A stretch of 64,000 nt of DNA from positions 474,731-538,730 of the forward strand of contig NW_004797385.1 in assembly GCF_000002075.1 (NCBI RefSeq), written 5' to 3'. The notes beneath the pieces are model-generated. The model was not told the DNA's origin. It searched no databases and saw only the letters and a list, made by a program, of their open reading frames with translations. The stretch's first letter is position 1. Every line of letters begins with the position of its first letter. The position numbers were made by a program, and so were the translations under genes. This DNA is from Aplysia californica (taxonomy: Eukaryota). Below, in pieces: positions 59,490-64,000 of this stretch.

Positions 59490-62400
59490 ATTGCTGAGTA
59501 AGGTGGACACTGGACATTCGGACACTTGACACTTAATCATGGGACATTTGGACTCTCATCTCATGTGTTTCTTAAAGTATCTAGACTTGAATGAATCTCA
59601 TTGAGATTCACATGGTTCTTATTATTTGACATTCCAAAGTAATTATTTCTTTTTTGTGATGGCATGATTATGGTTAAGTACCCTGTTGACCATATAATTT
59701 TTAAAGTTTCTTTCTCCGCTGTAACTGTACTTTTGAATGCCTATACCAAAGTTTTAACTTGCTCATTGCTGGGTGGTTTTACTCATATGACTTTTCCCTA
59801 CCAGGTATTTTGAAGCCTTTTCCAATATAACTTTGAAATTGAAATTAGAACTATTTGAAAAGGTAAAGAAAAATGCCTGGCTCTTAACCCTATGAACTAT
59901 AGTAAACATTTGAACATATGCTACATTTACCATTCTTGATACAGTTAAACCTTGTTATACCACATACTTTGGGTTTAGCGTGAAGTTGGCAGTACAACAG
60001 GATAGCCCCGATTACCATCTTGACTAGGGGTAGACTGTTGGAGATTAGAGACAAACTGTTGCCAGTACTGACTGAGCAAGATCTGTTTTGCAAGTTTGTT
60101 ATGTGCAGGGGAAGAAATGAGTAGCAAACATTTATATACAGCTCCAGCTAAACTGTACAAAAATTCAAATTGAAAATTTCTGCAGGATTACAAGCAAGGC
60201 TGTATGCGTATCAAGGACACTGTAGACATAGGCCTACTATTTAATTTACCCAATGCTCTTATGTCCTTGACCCACCTCAGCCTGACACGTAGACTTGAAC
60301 GTGAGATCTCACAATAATAAAAGCCTCATTGGCACCCGCCAGCCTTTTCCTTTGGTCTTCAGGCTGGTACATGTATCTGGCGAAACCAGATACTTTGCTA
60401 ACAAACCAAGGACAAGCAGTTCCTTTGAAGTCTCTCCAGGCAACTTTAAAATTGCATTCCAGTTTTTTTTCCAATATTGTGCAAAGCCTAGATATAACAG
60501 CTTTCTCATAATCAGCAAAAATCAAGAGGATCAGCGACAAGACCTAGAAATAAGCTGAACTCGTAGAGACGTGTAGGAAAGAGGTTATCAAGCATCCATC
60601 GAGTGGGTGTCATGCGTCGTGTGTAATGTGCACCTCTGGCGGCCAATTTGCTGGGTATGTCAAGGCAAATTTACTTTAGTTTAATAAGGATACACATTTC
60701 CTTAGGATTCAGGAGGCCAAGGCTCAGAGAGTTAAAACAGATCAAAAGTAAAGAAAAAATATCATCAAGAATTTGGTTGCAAGTTTAAGGGCACATGCTA
60801 TGTGGATAGATTTGCATGGAGGCTCAGCCGCTTTGCCAAGTTAATGGCCTTTAAATTTACACCGTAATACTATGTTTCTCACAAAATAATGTACAAAATG
60901 CACAATTTCTTTTGTCTCAAGTGTTTCCTCCTATTCTGATGTGATGAGACTAAGAGGATGTTGATTCTTTCAAGAATGTTGTTTTCCAGATTTTTATGAC
61001 CGTGTTTTTCTGTTTCTTTTGTACCTTATTTTTTAACAAATCTGGTTATACTGTCTTTATTTCCAAGGAAAAACATATTGACATTAAGTCCATATAATAT
61101 TTTTATTCCAGTGGAATGGTTGATTTCATTCGTCAAAGTTGACGTTTTGCTTTTAAAAGCTTTTTTTTTTGGTTGTCAGTTCCTTAAACCCTCAGATATT
61201 CAAAAGTATGTCCTGACCGTTGTTTGAGTGTCAAAAGAGCACCTAGATCAAAACAGGTACAAATCTACAATTGCTGTAAAAGTCAAAGTTTGTCAAATAG
61301 TTGTGTCAAAACCCAAAGTTGGTTTCTCTTCTAGTTAGAGGTTAGTCTTGAGGGCCACTTTGCAGGATGGATATATTTTAGGAATCAAGACACTTTGGTT
61401 AGGGTTGTATTTGTTTTGAGGAATATGAATGTGAATTTATTCTTTGTATGTCAAATAGATGTGTTTTATCACCTGAAGCTTTCTTTTATCAGAAATAGTT
61501 TGCTGAAAAATATATTTTCATCCAAAGAGAATGCTTCTCTGAAACTGTTTTTAATTTGCAGTATTTGTCCCACACTCACACCCTAGGTCAAGAATTATAA
61601 GTTTAATCTTTTCAAATACTTTTTTGAAAGAATGTCTGCATCATACATATTGTCTCTTCCATCAGAGTTGAACTTGCTTGATTTGATCATCAATATTTTC
61701 ATGGTGTTGGTTGACCTAAATTTTTTTTCAGTACCACTCAATTCTTTCTGAAAAAAAAGGGCCAAGGCGATCTGAATGTTGAAATCTGTTGCACATCACA
61801 CCTGACAGGGTGGGTGTTGCGTAATTACCTTTGTATAATGGCTGTTAAATGCAGGTTTCTCAGTGTGGAGAGAGGTTGTCAAGGTTACAGTTACAGTAAA
61901 CTGTATAAATCCATGTGAGTTGTGATTTAGAGGCGTTCAAACACTTTTCAACACTGTAAGATTATTTTAAAGGCGACACCTCTGACTTATAGGTACATCT
62001 CCGACAGGACTTAGCCAAGTCAGCAGAGAGCCTTGAAAATCCTGAAACAACCCAAGCTAAAGAGAACCTCTTTGGGGTTTCCTGCCAAGGTCCTCCACAC
62101 TGCAGCTGAGGCTCATTACAACAGACCTAGCTGTTTTCAAAGTTTCTGGACCACGACTTCATTGTTTTACGTTTTGTAGAAGCAAGACTCGGGGGTTATG
62201 ATTTTATGTTCGTCACTAGCTATTCATTTGGTCGATTCACCAGAGATAGGACAAAAGATTAGGTCCGTAAGGTTTAGAGTGTCAGTATTTTTTAATGGCT
62301 CTCTCATTTCTGTCATTCCCTCTTCTCTAGTCTATAAATGTGGGTTTGCATGCTCATATATACATGTCTTCACATGTACTCACATGTGCTGTAATTTTTA

Positions 62401-63337
62401 ATCGTAATGGAGGGGGCTGGGGGGGTTTATCCTGTTTAATGATGATTGAATTGATGCAGAAGATGAGATTAATTGTGTTTGGGTTGGGTTTTTTTAACTT
62501 TCTAGATTAAGCATGGTTACAATTCTTGCATTATATATTTGTTTTCTTCACCAAAGGTTCAATGTTGTCCATTTTACACAAATTATGATAAGTAAGAGCA
62601 TGTTTATATGTTTAAATTGAGCAATGTAGTTTTAAACAGCTGGAGAGTGTATCTCACCAGATATTTATCTCTCCGATATGTATGTCCGTTTGATGATTGT
62701 TTATTACGACAACACACACTGTGTTTGTATTTCAGTACAATTTTATCTCTTTTACAGAAGACAGAAACTCAGTTGTTTTAGTGTGCCTTTCCATTATTCC
62801 TTTCTCTGTTATCTATATGTTTCAGCTGTGGCAGACTGTCACAAACTTTCCCTTTTGTCTGTGTATTATGGTTGTGGCAGGCAATACTTTGATATTTTAT
62901 TGATGTCGTTGATCACATTACTTTATCTTTTGTCTGTGCTACAGCTTTAGAACTCTGTCTGTGATGTATTGGTTAGGTTCTTTGCTATTGCACACAGAAG
63001 ACACGAGTTCAATTCTCGGGTGTGGAGGATTATTTATCAAGTATATATCTCGATCTGTGTGTTGGAGTGTAGAATCAGAATTTGTTGGCAGGGCCTGAGC
63101 AGGCCACCTATTAAATTGTCTAAATATAATGTCAGTTGGGGGTGTAAAACCTTTAAATTGATCTAACCATATAAACACTTGTGTGAAGTATTGGCTGAAA
63201 TAAGGGGCTGAAACTCAATTAGACTTGACCACTTTTCAGGTGGCACGATATTATGTCAACAATACCCATCTTGTGTCAGAGAATCAATAATGTCATAATC
63301 ATAAAGTGCAATAATTAATGTATATGTGTCATGACGC

Positions 63338-63750
63338 GGTGGGATCAGGCGTTTGTCAGTTTTTGGGCATGTGGAGTTATTGGTATCATCTTAAAGCTTT
63401 TTTCATTTGTCTTGCTTTCGATTTAAAAAAATATCCATTTATCATGAATGCAAGTTGAGATGTTTACGAATGAAGAAGGTGGGGGTCACCTGGTCTCAGA
63501 GGTAAAATTAGCGAGAAAATGGCCGCCAAAGTTTAGTTATTTCCTTAGTCTTAGTGTCCGTGGAAACAGAAAATGTACACTTTTTATGCCTTTAATTGAT
63601 GTTTTTCAGTACAATCCACGCAGAAATGGGTTCTTAAATGGACATGGAAAGTGTTGAGCCTAAAAACCAAAATTTGAAAAAAATTGCCAAACCTGTGGAA
63701 AAATGCCAGTTTCTTCACTTTCATTATTTTGACCAGCGCCTGATTTCACC
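63338..63750. mobile_element. MITE with ~21-bp imperfect TIRs
   Basis: ggtgggatcaggcgtttgtca ... tgaccagcgcctgatttcacc. Confidence 0.6.
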
Positions 63751-64000
63751 AGGCTCCTTCACATATTTTATTTTGTCTAAGTATTGCTCTGCTTAGAAGA
63801 ACCAATGCATATTGTGTATATCATTAACATTTTTTATCGCTCTTCTTGCCGTGCTGTGAACAGATCAATCAAAAAAGTCTTTTTCTGTGCTTTTTGTGCA
63901 ATACTTACAGATATTAAAATTTACAGAATGCACCTGCACTGGAAATCGTCGATCCAATGTTTGCTTTTAATGATTTTGAAATCAAGAAATCTAAAAAAAT

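Noticed and set aside
60277-60540. TIR-domain-like exon on the minus strand (LCTILEKKLECNFKVAWRDF)
   Set aside because: Only a superficial resemblance; box 1 is absent and no partner exons were found.

Overview
This is eukaryotic, intron-rich animal DNA with 7 assembly gaps. The SINE modules suggest an invertebrate, probably a gastropod mollusc (inference). Three spliced protein-coding genes were rebuilt exon by exon with GT-AG sites and phase checks. (1) An LRRC74-like leucine-rich-repeat/EF-hand gene on + (2810-19022), with one exon probably missing in an N gap. (2) A complete RAD51 on - (33849-23609, 9 coding exons, 342 aa). (3) A complete ACP7-type purple acid phosphatase on + (46218-59489, 12 coding exons, 445 aa), head-to-head with RAD51. 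The rest is a dense mosaic of non-autonomous mobile elements: two tRNA-headed SINE families, further retroposons sharing one 3' tail, TA-flanked pogo/Tigger-like MITEs, TTAA piggyBac-like MITEs, a Mutator-like element with a perfect 9-bp TSD, and a 2.4-kb foldback upstream of RAD51. Most ORFs in the six-frame track are spurious. I found no CRISPR array, rRNA, true tRNA gene, intact transposase or clearly new protein system. The most unusual structure is in the RAD51-ACP7 intergenic region (34.0-45.7 kb) and in the modular retroposon set.
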